Shown piece after piece: positions 46,104 through 54,902 of a DNA stretch of 64,000 nucleotides. The stretch lies in assembly GCA_964536685.1 (NCBI GenBank), contig CAZIBE010000001.1, positions 62,310 through 126,309 on the forward strand, read 5' to 3'. Every line of letters begins with the position of its first letter. Within the stretch, counting starts at the first letter, position 1. The notes under the pieces were generated by a model, which ran no database searches, had not been told where the DNA came from, and saw only the letters and a list, made by a program, of their open reading frames with translations. Origin of the DNA: an uncultured Calditrichaceae bacterium. Its GTDB lineage: Bacteria > Calditrichota > Calditrichia > Calditrichales > Calditrichaceae. Both the position numbers and the translations under genes were made by a program.

Positions 46104-47544
46104 TCCATTACAAATACTTTGCTGGGACCACAATTCAGAATATGCCAGACTGGTAGCAAGCGTTTTTTCATTAATTCCGTACGAATTGCTCCGGGTGGAG
46201 GAGGACAAAAATGAGTTTTTCAGCTTAATCCAACAGAATGATTTTGATTTAATCATCGTCGATAATACGATTGCCGGATTGCAGCCGGCGAATTTTAAAC
46301 AGATGGAAATCAGTAATCCGGCAATAGATATTCTTTTAATAGAAAATGGTTATGAACGGGCGGCCGATTTCCATGGTTTCGGCAATATTCGCTTTTTATC
46401 AAAAGATGATGTGGTGTTGAAGCTGGCGCCGCTTTTAAGCGAGATGTATTCGCGAATTTCCGATAGAATTTACAATGGCCTAAACTACCAAAAACTTTTG
46501 CAGCAGACCCTGGAACACATCAATTGTATGGTGCTAACGGTAAATTCCGAAGGCCGGGTAGTGTTTATGAATCAGACCGCCAGTAAAAAACTGGCCATCG
46601 AAGACGCGCTGAATTCGGAAGTATTCATCCAGAATATTTTAGCAGACGGCGCTAAAATCTGGAAGTTTATCCAGAATTATTTGGCAGATAAAAATAAACC
46701 GCTGCAAAACTATCAGGTGCAGTTTGTAGATGCGCATAATCAAAAGCATACTAAGCTGATGAATTTCAGAAACATTGCCATCGATAAGAAGTATGTGTTG
46801 ATCGATGAAAATATCCAGCAAAAAATTGAGCCATTAGCTACCGAAGTACAGGACCTGAGCATCATTCAACGTTTTTCCGAGTCTATTTCCAATGAATTGC
46901 TCAATCCGGTTAATGTAATTTTCGGGCGCATACAACTGCTAAAACAAAGTATGCCGCAGGAAGCCATACTGCAAAAACACATCGGCGGCCTGGAAAAGCA
47001 GGTGGAACGCATCAATGAAACCATAAAACGCTTAGTTACTTTTGCCAGCATGCGTCCCGATGCCGTACCGCAAAAAGTGCATTTAAATGAACTGCTGGAA
47101 AGGCTGAAAATTGATCCGGCGGCGCACAATCGCCTAAATAGCTTTATGGATCGCATCATCTTTGAACCGGGCAAGGACATACCCGTTTTGCCTGGTCTGC
47201 TTTCCCATTTTGATATGCTCATCAAAAATATTTTAGAGATGGTTTTCGAATGTGCGGGCAACTCGGGGAAAGTAGTGGTTTCTACCAAACACATCATGAG
47301 CAGGGATAACAATGAGCAGGTTCAATTAACCTTTGCGATTGATTACAATAAGCCGATTTTCGGTGACGCCCGCTCGCTTAGCAATCAGCTAAAAGAAGAG
47401 CGCACCATCGAAGGAAGCATTGTTAAATATATCATTCGTAGTTACAGCGGCGCCTATCAGATAAAAAACGATACCACACAATCGGAAAAGTTAGAAATAT
47501 TTTTCCCTGTCTTAGACCCATATAACAAGGCGGAGGCTAAATGA
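46084..47544 (+). CDS. Histidine-kinase-like signalling protein with degenerate phosphoacceptor and ATP-binding motifs (receiver-like N-terminus, PAS-like middle)
   Basis: 486 aa. The H-box position reads FSESISNELLNPV (Asn at 46891-46893 where SHELRTP-type kinases carry His). The G1/G2 glycine-rich boxes are not recognisable (FAIDYNKPIFGD, EGSIVKYIIRSYSG). Overlaps gltX by 20 nt and the downstream regulator by 4 nt. Confidence 0.6.
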   Translation: MKLMTTNPLQILCWDHNSEYARLVASVFSLIPYELLRVEEDKNEFFSLIQQNDFDLIIVDNTIAGLQPANFKQMEISNPAIDILLIENGYERAADFHGFGNIRFLSKDDVVLKLAPLLSEMYSRISDRIYNGLNYQKLLQQTLEHINCMVLTVNSEGRVVFMNQTASKKLAIEDALNSEVFIQNILADGAKIWKFIQNYLADKNKPLQNYQVQFVDAHNQKHTKLMNFRNIAIDKKYVLIDENIQQKIEPLATEVQDLSIIQRFSESISNELLNPVNVIFGRIQLLKQSMPQEAILQKHIGGLEKQVERINETIKRLVTFASMRPDAVPQKVHLNELLERLKIDPAAHNRLNSFMDRIIFEPGKDIPVLPGLLSHFDMLIKNILEMVFECAGNSGKVVVSTKHIMSRDNNEQVQLTFAIDYNKPIFGDARSLSNQLKEERTIEGSIVKYIIRSYSGAYQIKNDTTQSEKLEIFFPVLDPYNKAEAK

Positions 47545-48902
47545 AATCCCATGTTTTAATCGTTGACGACGATTTTGATGCTTTGGAAATGATGAAAGAG
47601 CTGTTCGACAGCAAAGGGTATGTCCCCGATACGGCCGCCAACGGCATCGAAGCGTTAACGAAAATCAAAAATCAGGAGCCCGATATTGTCCTTTCGGATA
47701 TTCGTATGCCCGAGATGGACGGCATGGAACTGTTGCGCGTTTTAACCAAGGATTATGCGCACATTCCGGTAATTATGATTACGGCTCACGGTACAGTAAA
47801 TACCGCGGTCGACGCCATGAAAATGGGCGCCAAGGATTACATCCTGAAACCTCTGAGTTTGGATGAAATCCTGGCTAAGGTAGAACGCATCACGCAGCTT
47901 AATTCTTTGATTAAGGAAAATGAATATCTGCTGACTAAATTACAGCAGACCTACGATTTTACCAATATGATCGGCAAAACGGACAAGATTCAGGAAATTT
48001 TTCGCTTGGTCAAAGATGTAGCGCCCACAAACACCACCATACTAATCGGCGGAGAAAGCGGCGTGGGTAAAGAATTAATCGCCAATGCCATTCATTATAA
48101 CAGCCCGCGCGTTAAAAAACCCTTTGTTAAAGTAAACTGCGGTGTGCTGGCGGAAAGCTTGTTGGAAAGCGAATTGTTTGGCCATGTGCGCGGCGCATTT
48201 ACCGGCGCCATTAAGGATAAAATCGGCCGCTTTGAGATGGCTAACGGCGGTACGCTGTTCCTTGATGAAATCGGCGATATTTCACTGAATATGCAGCTCA
48301 AGCTTTTACGTGTGTTACAGGAGGGCGAGTTCGAACGCGTTGGCGGCACGGAAACACTGAAAGTAGATGTGCGTATCATTGCCGCCACAAATAAGGATCT
48401 GAAAAAACAGATCAAAGAAGACAAGTTCCGCGAAGATTTGTATTACCGCTTGAATGTCATTCCAATCACCGTGCCGCCGTTGCGTGAACGCCGCGAAGAT
48501 ATCAAATATTTGGTAAATCATTTTATCGAAAAATATAACCGCGTTTACGGGAAGTCCATTACGGATGTTGAACCCAAAGCCATGGATTTAATGGAACAGT
48601 ATGAATATCCCGGGAATATTCGTGAGTTAGAAAATTTGATTGAACGGATTGTCGTACTCAATAAAACGGGACTGATAACCCTTGATGATTTGCCGTCATA
48701 TATTCGCCAGATGAGTGAAGAAAATATTCCGGAAAACATTGATTTTGAACAGGGGCTTTCCAAATTAGTAGATGCTTATGAGCGCAATTTAATTTTAAAA
48801 GCACTGGAAAAGAATAATTTTAATAAATTTCAGACAGCGCGGATGCTCAAAACAAATCGCAGTACGTTTAATTCCAAACTAAAAAAATATGGCATAAAAT
48901 AA
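47541..48902 (+). CDS. Sigma-54-dependent response regulator (NtrC family): REC-AAA+-Fis-type HTH
   Basis: 453 aa. Receiver: VLIVDDD...DIVLSDIRMPEMDG...ITAHG. AAA+: GESGVGKE (Walker A), GAFTGA (sigma-54 contact), LFLDEIG (Walker B), RVIAATN, FREDLYYRL. C-terminal HTH: QTARMLKTNRSTFNSKLKKYGI. Confidence 0.9.
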   Translation: MKSHVLIVDDDFDALEMMKELFDSKGYVPDTAANGIEALTKIKNQEPDIVLSDIRMPEMDGMELLRVLTKDYAHIPVIMITAHGTVNTAVDAMKMGAKDYILKPLSLDEILAKVERITQLNSLIKENEYLLTKLQQTYDFTNMIGKTDKIQEIFRLVKDVAPTNTTILIGGESGVGKELIANAIHYNSPRVKKPFVKVNCGVLAESLLESELFGHVRGAFTGAIKDKIGRFEMANGGTLFLDEIGDISLNMQLKLLRVLQEGEFERVGGTETLKVDVRIIAATNKDLKKQIKEDKFREDLYYRLNVIPITVPPLRERREDIKYLVNHFIEKYNRVYGKSITDVEPKAMDLMEQYEYPGNIRELENLIERIVVLNKTGLITLDDLPSYIRQMSEENIPENIDFEQGLSKLVDAYERNLILKALEKNNFNKFQTARMLKTNRSTFNSKLKKYGIK

Positions 48903-49273
48903 TGGTTAGTGCAGAACAACCTGTTTCGGCTCGTGTTGTGTTCTGTACCGTCCCCGACAGTGAAACAGCGGAAAAGTTGGCCAGGCACATCGTAGAAGAG
49001 GGGCTGGCCGCTTGTTGCAGTATTGTTTCCGGTCTGAAATCAATCTATCGCTGGCAGGGAAAGATTCAGAAGGACGACGAGCATCTGTTAATCATTAAAA
49101 CGACGACGGCTGCCTACGAAGCGCTGCAGGCGTTAATCGTAAAACTTCATCCCTATGAAACACCGGAAATCATCTCTCTGCCGATTGACAGAGGGCTGCA
49201 GGAATATTTGAACTGGCTGGAACAAAATACAGGGGTAGGTAATGCAAAATTTGCTGCAAGAAATACTCAGTGA
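48902..49273 (+). CDS. cutA: Divalent-cation tolerance protein CutA
   Basis: 123 aa. VVFCTVPDSETAEKLARHIVEEGLAACCSIVSGLKSIYRWQGKIQKDDEHLLIIKTT...HPYETPEIISLPI is the typical CutA1 pattern. Confidence 0.8.
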   Translation: MVSAEQPVSARVVFCTVPDSETAEKLARHIVEEGLAACCSIVSGLKSIYRWQGKIQKDDEHLLIIKTTTAAYEALQALIVKLHPYETPEIISLPIDRGLQEYLNWLEQNTGVGNAKFAARNTQ

Positions 49274-50135
49274 CAACCATTCAGGTTCCTTGACGTTGGC
49301 TTACAAGGAACTGGATTTGTATGAAACCATAGTAGCTGAAGCGCAAAAAACGCAAAGCGATCTCGAAAAGTTGCATAATAAGATTCATGACACAGGCAAA
49401 ATTATCATTAAGGCTCAGCCGAATATGGTCATCCTGCGCCGCGTGAGCAATCACTTACAAAATCATTACAAACGGCTGGTTAAGGCAGAAAAGCCGGGCA
49501 GTGAAATCTATTCGGCTCTGCTGGAAAAAATTGAGCAGATACGTAGGGAATTCAAACAGAATGTGGGAAAAATCGCCCAAATGGGCGCAAAAGTGATCGC
49601 CACTTCAAACAAGGTGATGACCATTAGCAACAGCACATTGGTCAGGGAAATCTTCTGTAAAACGCACGCTCAGAAACGGCGTTTTGAGGTGTTTAATCTT
49701 AAAAGCCATCCTCCGGATGAAGGCATTCTTTTTGCCGAAGACTTAGCCGAAAAGGGCATTCGCAGTACCGTAATCGCCGACTCTCAGATGGGCGTGTTTT
49801 TACCGGAGATGAATCTGGTGTTCGTTGGCGCCGACCGGATTTTTGAAAACGGCTTTATTAACAAAGCCGGCACGCTGCCGCTTTGCCTGGCCGCCCGTCA
49901 TTACAATGTTCCGGTTTACCTTGCCGTAGAAACCATAAAAATACTTACCACGCGTGAACGTTCCATTAAAGTTCAAAATATGAATCCGGATGAAGTGTAC
50001 CGGCCTAAAAACGATAAAATTTCCGTTGAAAATTCTTACTTCGAGAGCATCCCCCTTGATTTGGTACACAAAGTAATTTGTGAGGATGGGGTTTTTGAGA
50101 CGTTTGAATTTGTCAATTGGTATTTAAAGGAGTAA
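49242..50135 (+). CDS. eIF-2B alpha/beta/delta-family protein (sugar-phosphate isomerase-like)
   Basis: 297 aa. Central/C-terminal pattern VMTISNSTLV...RFEVFNLKSHPPDEG...LAEKGIRSTVIADSQMG...VFVGADRIFENGFINKAGTLPLCLAARHYNVPVYLAVETIK matches the IF-2B family layout. Overlaps cutA by 32 nt, so the true start may be further downstream. Confidence 0.65.
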   Translation: MQNLLQEILSDNHSGSLTLAYKELDLYETIVAEAQKTQSDLEKLHNKIHDTGKIIIKAQPNMVILRRVSNHLQNHYKRLVKAEKPGSEIYSALLEKIEQIRREFKQNVGKIAQMGAKVIATSNKVMTISNSTLVREIFCKTHAQKRRFEVFNLKSHPPDEGILFAEDLAEKGIRSTVIADSQMGVFLPEMNLVFVGADRIFENGFINKAGTLPLCLAARHYNVPVYLAVETIKILTTRERSIKVQNMNPDEVYRPKNDKISVENSYFESIPLDLVHKVICEDGVFETFEFVNWYLKE

Positions 50136-50138
50136 CTT

Positions 50139-50348
50139 ATGCCCACAGGTACGTTTATCACCGAATTACTCGGCGATGATAATAAAATAGAAATCCCGGC
50201 GGAAGTGGTTCAGCGCCTCAAGTTAGAAGAAGGAGATAAAATCGAAGTGCTGGTTAAAAAAATCCGTTCCCACCGTTTGGATATACGGATTTCTAAAAAT
50301 CCGCTGTATAAACTGTTGACGCTGGTTAAGACGGGGAATAGCAAATGA
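50139..50348 (+). CDS. vapB: AbrB/SpoVT-fold antitoxin (VapB-type)
   Basis: 69 aa. The IEIPAEVVQRLKLEEGDKIEVLVKK swapped-hairpin motif. 4-nt overlap with the PIN gene. Confidence 0.7.
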   Translation: MPTGTFITELLGDDNKIEIPAEVVQRLKLEEGDKIEVLVKKIRSHRLDIRISKNPLYKLLTLVKTGNSK

Positions 50349-50785
50349 AAATTATGACCTGTTTTATCGACGCTTCGGCCTGGGTGGCCATTGTCGATGC
50401 TCATCATGAGCATCACAACGAAGCCGCAGACTATTTCCGTGAACTACTGGAAAACAACGCCAAAATAGTTTCCAACAACATAGCGATCGACAATGCCTTG
50501 CGGCAAATCAACCGTACGCTGGGATTAAAAGCTGCACGCGATTTCTGGAAAATCATCGATGAAAGCATTCTTACCATAAATTTACGTATGGATTGGATTT
50601 CGCGTCGTGTGCGCCGTAACGCTATCGGTCATTATCTAAAAAAAACGAATGACGAATTGCAACTGGAACATTATTTTTTATTGGAAACCGTCAAGCGTAA
50701 AAAAGTGGATATTATTTTCAGTTTCGATAAAAACGTACGCCATCTGGGGCTGCCCATAATGCCCCAGAGCGGGGAAGAAATATGA
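50345..50785 (+). CDS. vapC: PIN-domain toxin (VapC-type ribonuclease)
   Basis: 146 aa. N-terminal CFIDASAWVAIVD (first PIN acidic residue) and C-terminal IIFSFDKNVRHLG (conserved Asp). The size and antitoxin-first gene order are typical of VapBC. Confidence 0.7.
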   Translation: MKIMTCFIDASAWVAIVDAHHEHHNEAADYFRELLENNAKIVSNNIAIDNALRQINRTLGLKAARDFWKIIDESILTINLRMDWISRRVRRNAIGHYLKKTNDELQLEHYFLLETVKRKKVDIIFSFDKNVRHLGLPIMPQSGEEI

Positions 50786-51474
50786 GCACGCTGTTTTATT
50801 CTACTTTAAAATTAGGCGAGCATTCTCAAGTTTTTATCTGGGGAGAAAAATCGGCCCACGCCCTACTTTGCCTTCTTTCCGCTGAGACCAGGCGCAGCGG
50901 CCGGATAGCTTTGGTTTTGTCCGATGACCTGCAAGTTTACCCCATTGAAGGTAAGGTTCTGGTAAGCCCGGAAACCGATCTGTTAAAAGATTTGTTGAAA
51001 ACGGAACCGGCGGAAGTGATTCATTTGGCCCGTTCCGTAAAAAACGACATTTTGCAGCCCTATGCCAGCAAAGATATTAAAAAAATTCTGGCGCAGAGTG
51101 AGGATCCCATTCTGCCTTTTTTATATGTAAAAAAGAACGGCCAAAATTTAAAACAAATAATACAGTCCAGCGCCAAGCCGTTGTGCCTGTGCGTGATCAA
51201 CTATCAAAATGCCGGGCAGGAGTTGCTGGACAGCGCCAGGCGTCCCAGTGTTAGTGATAAAACAGTTAATCGTAAGATTCTTCAGATCATAACGGCGCAT
51301 TGCGAGGGTTTTAACGAAATGGAGTGTGCGGAAAACAACGTTCTCTTTATCGATCAGGTAAAAACCATTTTAGAGGAAAATAAACTGCTTTCTGTTTTGC
51401 GCAAATTTAATGAACAATTTGCCGGCAGAATTTTTTTAGGCAACACCACCCAATACCGGATTAAAGAAATTTAG
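50782..51474 (+). CDS. Hypothetical protein, translationally coupled to vapC (possible very divergent YqeC-like fold)
   Basis: 230 aa with no clear motif. The ATGA overlap with the PIN gene is read directly. The N-terminal layout VFIWGEKSAHALLCLLSAETRRSGRIALVLSDD loosely parallels the P-loop/strand layout of YqeC-family proteins, but the GxxGxGK[ST] consensus is not conserved. Confidence 0.5.
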   Translation: MSTLFYSTLKLGEHSQVFIWGEKSAHALLCLLSAETRRSGRIALVLSDDLQVYPIEGKVLVSPETDLLKDLLKTEPAEVIHLARSVKNDILQPYASKDIKKILAQSEDPILPFLYVKKNGQNLKQIIQSSAKPLCLCVINYQNAGQELLDSARRPSVSDKTVNRKILQIITAHCEGFNEMECAENNVLFIDQVKTILEENKLLSVLRKFNEQFAGRIFLGNTTQYRIKEI

Positions 51475-51483
51475 GGGCAGGGG

Positions 51484-52311
51484 ATGGCCAAGCGCATTAT
51501 GATTTTAGGCGCCGGAGACGCCGGCACGGCCACAGCGCTGCGTTTGTACCGCGCCGGTTTTAAACCGTTCATTGTAGAAGAAAATATCCCGCGCGACCTT
51601 TACCATCGCCGAAATTTTTGCCAAGCCATGTTCAGCGGACATAAAACTGTAAACGGTCTTACGGCGCGTACTCTGCCCGGCGCTATCGAAAGGGGCGATG
51701 TTCCGTCCGATATTTCCCTCAAAGAGTTCCTTAAATTGCAGGCCGCTAATCGTGAAATTCCCCTTATTACCTTTGACGACCTGCCGCAATTGAAAAACGA
51801 ACCAATCGATGTTGTTTTTGTGGCCCAAAATACTTTGTGGCCGCAGGCGGCCCCTTTTATTGCAGATGAAACCGTACGTATTGGCCTGCATAGCCTTGAG
51901 GACGCGGACAGTATAAATTTTCGAATCGCCGACCATCCGCCCTATCTGGGTCAGGTGCTCTATCCTTTTGAAGAATATTATTATCTGACTTCGCCGCTTC
52001 CTGCAACGGAGAAACCGGCTAAATATGCGGTAAAGGCGCCTCTGGAAGGTGTGTTTACGGCCACTAAAAATCCCGATGAAGCAGTGTTGGAAAAAGAAGA
52101 AATCGGTCGCATTAACGAGATACCCATTTTAGCGCCGGTGCACGGTAAAATAAGCGGTATCCTGAACAGCGGTCTGATTGTGCCGCAGGGGGCGGTTTTT
52201 GCCGAAATAGACCTTCATCCCAAAGCGTTGCCTGCCGCGGTTATTCCGGAGAAATATTTTAATATTGCCGGCGGTGTGTTAGAAGCCATCTTGTACCACC
52301 TGCATTTGTAA
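51484..52311 (+). CDS. Rossmann-like protein, possibly YqeB/EF2563 family (molybdenum-hydroxylase accessory-like)
   Basis: 275 aa. N-terminus RIMILGAGDAGTATALRLYRAGFKPFIVEENIPRDLYHRRNFCQAMFSGHKTVNGLTAR resembles, from memory, the N-terminus of short YqeB-family proteins. The family assignment is unverified. Confidence 0.45.
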   Translation: MAKRIMILGAGDAGTATALRLYRAGFKPFIVEENIPRDLYHRRNFCQAMFSGHKTVNGLTARTLPGAIERGDVPSDISLKEFLKLQAANREIPLITFDDLPQLKNEPIDVVFVAQNTLWPQAAPFIADETVRIGLHSLEDADSINFRIADHPPYLGQVLYPFEEYYYLTSPLPATEKPAKYAVKAPLEGVFTATKNPDEAVLEKEEIGRINEIPILAPVHGKISGILNSGLIVPQGAVFAEIDLHPKALPAAVIPEKYFNIAGGVLEAILYHLHL

Positions 52312-52392
52312 CTTCTCCGGCTGGATATTGGATGTGGATTTTTTCCCCGCGACAATCCAAAACAATAATCAATTGCGGATCTTGGCGGAATT

Positions 52393-52640
52393 CAATGTAT
52401 GAGTTCACTCTAAAAAGGTCTCTCACTGTCATTTTCCCACCACGAAGTGGTTCCTTTCCCGTAGGGATCACTCCGTGGCGGAAAACGGGACGGCCTTTGC
52501 CGCGAGGAGCAGGGCGACGAGAAATCTATTGTTTTTTTGAAGATATAAGATTTCTCATCCCGATGAATCGGGATCGCCACGAAAGTGGTCCCGTTGGGAA
52601 AATGACAAAAACTGGTTTTTAGAGCAGACTCATGTATTGA
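52393..52640. repeat. ~248-nt imperfect palindrome / multi-hairpin element (MITE-like or structured RNA), flanked by a ~30-nt direct repeat
   Basis: Terminal arms 52393-52417 (TCAATGTATGAGTTCACTCTAAAAA) and 52616-52640 (TTTTTAGAGCAGACTCATGTATTGA) pair with 20 Watson-Crick pairs, 3 G-T pairs and 2 mismatches. An inner perfect 12-bp pair joins GTCATTTTCCCA (52428-52439) and TGGGAAAATGAC (52595-52606). Internal hairpins: CCAC-GAAA-GTGG, GAGAAATCT...AGATTTCTC, and ATCCCGAT-GA-ATCGGGAT. GGATATTGGAT is repeated outside the element at 52323-52333 and 52689-52699. Confidence 0.6.
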
Positions 52641-52828
52641 ATCCTTACATACAAAAGGCGGAATGTTGGAAATCGGACATTCCTGGCCGGATATTGGATA
52701 TTCTTCCCCCTCTCTGTTACATCTTGTTACAATTCTGAAATTTTTTATTTACATTTATGTTCTAAATTGCGAACAAACAAAAAACATGGGATTGTTCAGG
52801 TTTTAAAATACATAAACCGGAAAAATAA

Positions 52829-53524
52829 ATGAAACCAAGCATTTTACTCATCGATGATGATGAAAAACTCAACGCCCTGCTGATTGAGTATTTAGCCAAA
52901 TTCGATTTTGCCGTGACAGCCGCAACCCATCCTGAGGAAGGATTAAAACGGATAGAACAACTCAAACCGGATTTAATCATTTTAGATGTAATGCTGCCTT
53001 CCATGGACGGTTTTGAGGTCCTGCGCACGATTCGTAAATCGAATGCCACACCGGTGATTATGTTAACTGCCCGCGGCGAAGTTACCGACCGCATTGTAGG
53101 GCTGGAAATAGGCGCCGATGATTATATTCCCAAACCGTTCGAACCGCGCGAGCTGGTGGCGCGCATTCAAACTGTGCTGCGCCGCGGTCAGGCTGCCCCG
53201 ACTAAAACGGTAAAACACTTCGGTGCGCTGCAAGTGAATTTTGACAAAAAAGCGGCTTTGTTAAACGATCAGAATTGCGATTTGACTACGGCAGAATTTG
53301 AACTATTGTCCCTTTTTATCCGCAACAAAGGCAAAGTGCTGGATCGCGATCAGATAATGGACGCCATGCGCGGTATTGAATGGGAAGCCTTTAACCGCTC
53401 AGTGGATGTGCTGGTCAGCCGTCTGCGGCAAAAACTACACGACGATCCCAAAGCGCCGCAATTTATTAAAACGGTCTGGGGAAGCGGCTATTTGTTTATT
53501 GGAGATTCCGGCCATGCAGATTAA
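52829..53524 (+). CDS. OmpR/PhoB-family response regulator
   Basis: 231 aa. Receiver: ILLIDDDE...DLIILDVMLPSMDG...MLTARG. Winged-helix C-terminus: LTTAEFELLSLFIRNKGKVLDRDQIMD...VDVLVSRLRQKL...IKTVWGSGY. Confidence 0.9.
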   Translation: MKPSILLIDDDEKLNALLIEYLAKFDFAVTAATHPEEGLKRIEQLKPDLIILDVMLPSMDGFEVLRTIRKSNATPVIMLTARGEVTDRIVGLEIGADDYIPKPFEPRELVARIQTVLRRGQAAPTKTVKHFGALQVNFDKKAALLNDQNCDLTTAEFELLSLFIRNKGKVLDRDQIMDAMRGIEWEAFNRSVDVLVSRLRQKLHDDPKAPQFIKTVWGSGYLFIGDSGHAD

Positions 53525-54824
53525 GGAACGCATCCGACATTCCCTGTTTCTTAAAATCATTTTGATTTTTTTAGCGGCACATTTAACCATCGCCGCCGTC
53601 GGCTATACCATGCATAAATATTTTGCATCCCAGCCGCATCTCCAGAATATGGATAAAAACATGGCTCAATATAGCGCCTATCTTATTAACGAAATAGGTG
53701 TTCCGCCGGATACGGCCAGAGCCGGAGCGCTGGCCGACAGCCTGCATCTGGCCATAAAATTTACCTCGCAAAAAATAAATTGGGCCAGCGAGTCAATAGA
53801 ATTTGGGGATGTAGCCCCGCAATGGCAAAACGTTCCCGGGAAAAAACAATATTCAATTGCTTTTACCCAAAACGGTTTGCTGGTAAAAAATGAAACTCCG
53901 CAGGGAATTTATCTTTTGCTTTTTAAAAGCAAGGTATGGGACAACAGTTCGGACGCGCAGTGGCGTATTTTAACGATGGTGCTTTTTATGATGTTTATTT
54001 TAACCATCATTTACTTCATCATTCGTCGTTTACTGCAGCCCATCGAGCAATTGGATGAAGCCACCAAACAATTAAGCGCCGGTAATCTAAATTACAAACT
54101 GGCCACCACGCGCAAAGACGAGTTAGGCGATTTGGTGCAATCTTTTAATTTGATGACCACGCGTATCAAAGAAATGTTAAAGGCGCGCGATCAGTTACTT
54201 TTAGATGCCAGCCACGAACTGCGTTCGCCGTTAACACGCATCAAAGTAGCTCTGGAATTTATTGATGACGGCAACGCCAAGGAAAACATCCGCAGCGATA
54301 TAACCGATATGGAAACCATGATTGCCGAGTTGCTGGAAAAAGAACGGCTGGACAGTCCCTACGGCGGTTTGCACAAAACAACGCTTAATCTTAACGAGAT
54401 TATACGTAAAGTATGCGCCGGTTATGTACACCAGAAGCCGGGAATCGCGCTAAACTTACCGGAGCTTCCCATTGAGATGCAAGCCGACGGCGAACGTTTG
54501 CGTATGGCTCTGAATAATCTGATACAGAATGCGCTTAAATTTTCGGCGCCGGACAGTAGCGCCGTGCGAGTAAATGTAAGCCAGGTTAACAATGAAATAA
54601 ACATTACAGTACGCGATTTTGGTCAGGGCATCCCGCTGAAGGAAATCCCCTATATTTTTGAGCCGTTTTACCGGGTGGACAAATCACGTTCCAAACAAAC
54701 GGGCGGCTATGGTCTGGGCATGAGTCTGGTTAAAAAAATCATTGAGATGCACAAAGGCCGGATAGAGGTGGATAGCACGCCGGACCGAGGGACGACGGTG
54801 CGCATCCTATTAAAGATGAATTAA
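53514..54824 (+). CDS. Sensor histidine kinase (two TM segments, HAMP, HisKA, HATPase_c)
   Basis: The start is reassigned to the in-frame ATG at 53514 (MQIKERIRHSLFLKIILIFLAAHL...), which overlaps the regulator stop by 11 nt. The track start at 53376 would lie deep inside the regulator gene. Motifs: HAMP-like QLSAGNLNYKLATTRKDELGDLVQSFN, H-box DASHELRSPLT, N-box LNNLIQNALKFS, G-boxes RDFGQGIP and GGYGLGMSL. Confidence 0.85.
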   Translation: MQIKERIRHSLFLKIILIFLAAHLTIAAVGYTMHKYFASQPHLQNMDKNMAQYSAYLINEIGVPPDTARAGALADSLHLAIKFTSQKINWASESIEFGDVAPQWQNVPGKKQYSIAFTQNGLLVKNETPQGIYLLLFKSKVWDNSSDAQWRILTMVLFMMFILTIIYFIIRRLLQPIEQLDEATKQLSAGNLNYKLATTRKDELGDLVQSFNLMTTRIKEMLKARDQLLLDASHELRSPLTRIKVALEFIDDGNAKENIRSDITDMETMIAELLEKERLDSPYGGLHKTTLNLNEIIRKVCAGYVHQKPGIALNLPELPIEMQADGERLRMALNNLIQNALKFSAPDSSAVRVNVSQVNNEINITVRDFGQGIPLKEIPYIFEPFYRVDKSRSKQTGGYGLGMSLVKKIIEMHKGRIEVDSTPDRGTTVRILLKMN

Positions 54825-54831
54825 AAATTAG

Positions 54832-54902
54832 GAACCGGGAATTAGAAAATAGAAGTCAGAAATTAGGTAAAAGGTAAGTGTAGTTAGGACAATTCCCGGT
54901 TC
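54832..54902. promoter_or_regulatory. 12-bp perfect inverted repeat (GAACCGGGAATT / AATTCCCGGTTC) enclosing phased (A/G)TTAG(G/A) boxes, between the two-component pair and the efflux operon
   Basis: Arms at 54832-54843 and 54891-54902. ATTAGG/ATTAGA/ATTAGG/GTTAGG boxes start at 54827, 54841, 54862 and 54883 (spacing 14, 21, 21 nt). A TAAGGAG Shine-Dalgarno precedes the adaptor gene at 54964. Confidence 0.35.

Noticed and set aside
46866-47312. 148-aa minus-strand ORF antisense to the kinase-like gene, and similar antisense ORFs at 55153-55853, 56515-58698 and 61127-63961
   Set aside because: All lie within better-supported plus-strand genes and show no motifs.
52332-52622. 96-aa plus-strand ORF (and the 70-aa minus-strand ORF at 52259-52471) in the 52312-52828 intergenic region
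   Set aside because: The ORF coincides with the palindromic element, so its length follows from the inverted symmetry. There are no motifs and no Shine-Dalgarno.
53376-53513. Upstream extension of the sensor kinase ORF given by the track
   Set aside because: It would overlap the response-regulator gene by 149 nt and encodes non-kinase-like sequence. The in-frame ATG at 53514 starts a typical N-terminus followed by a TM segment.
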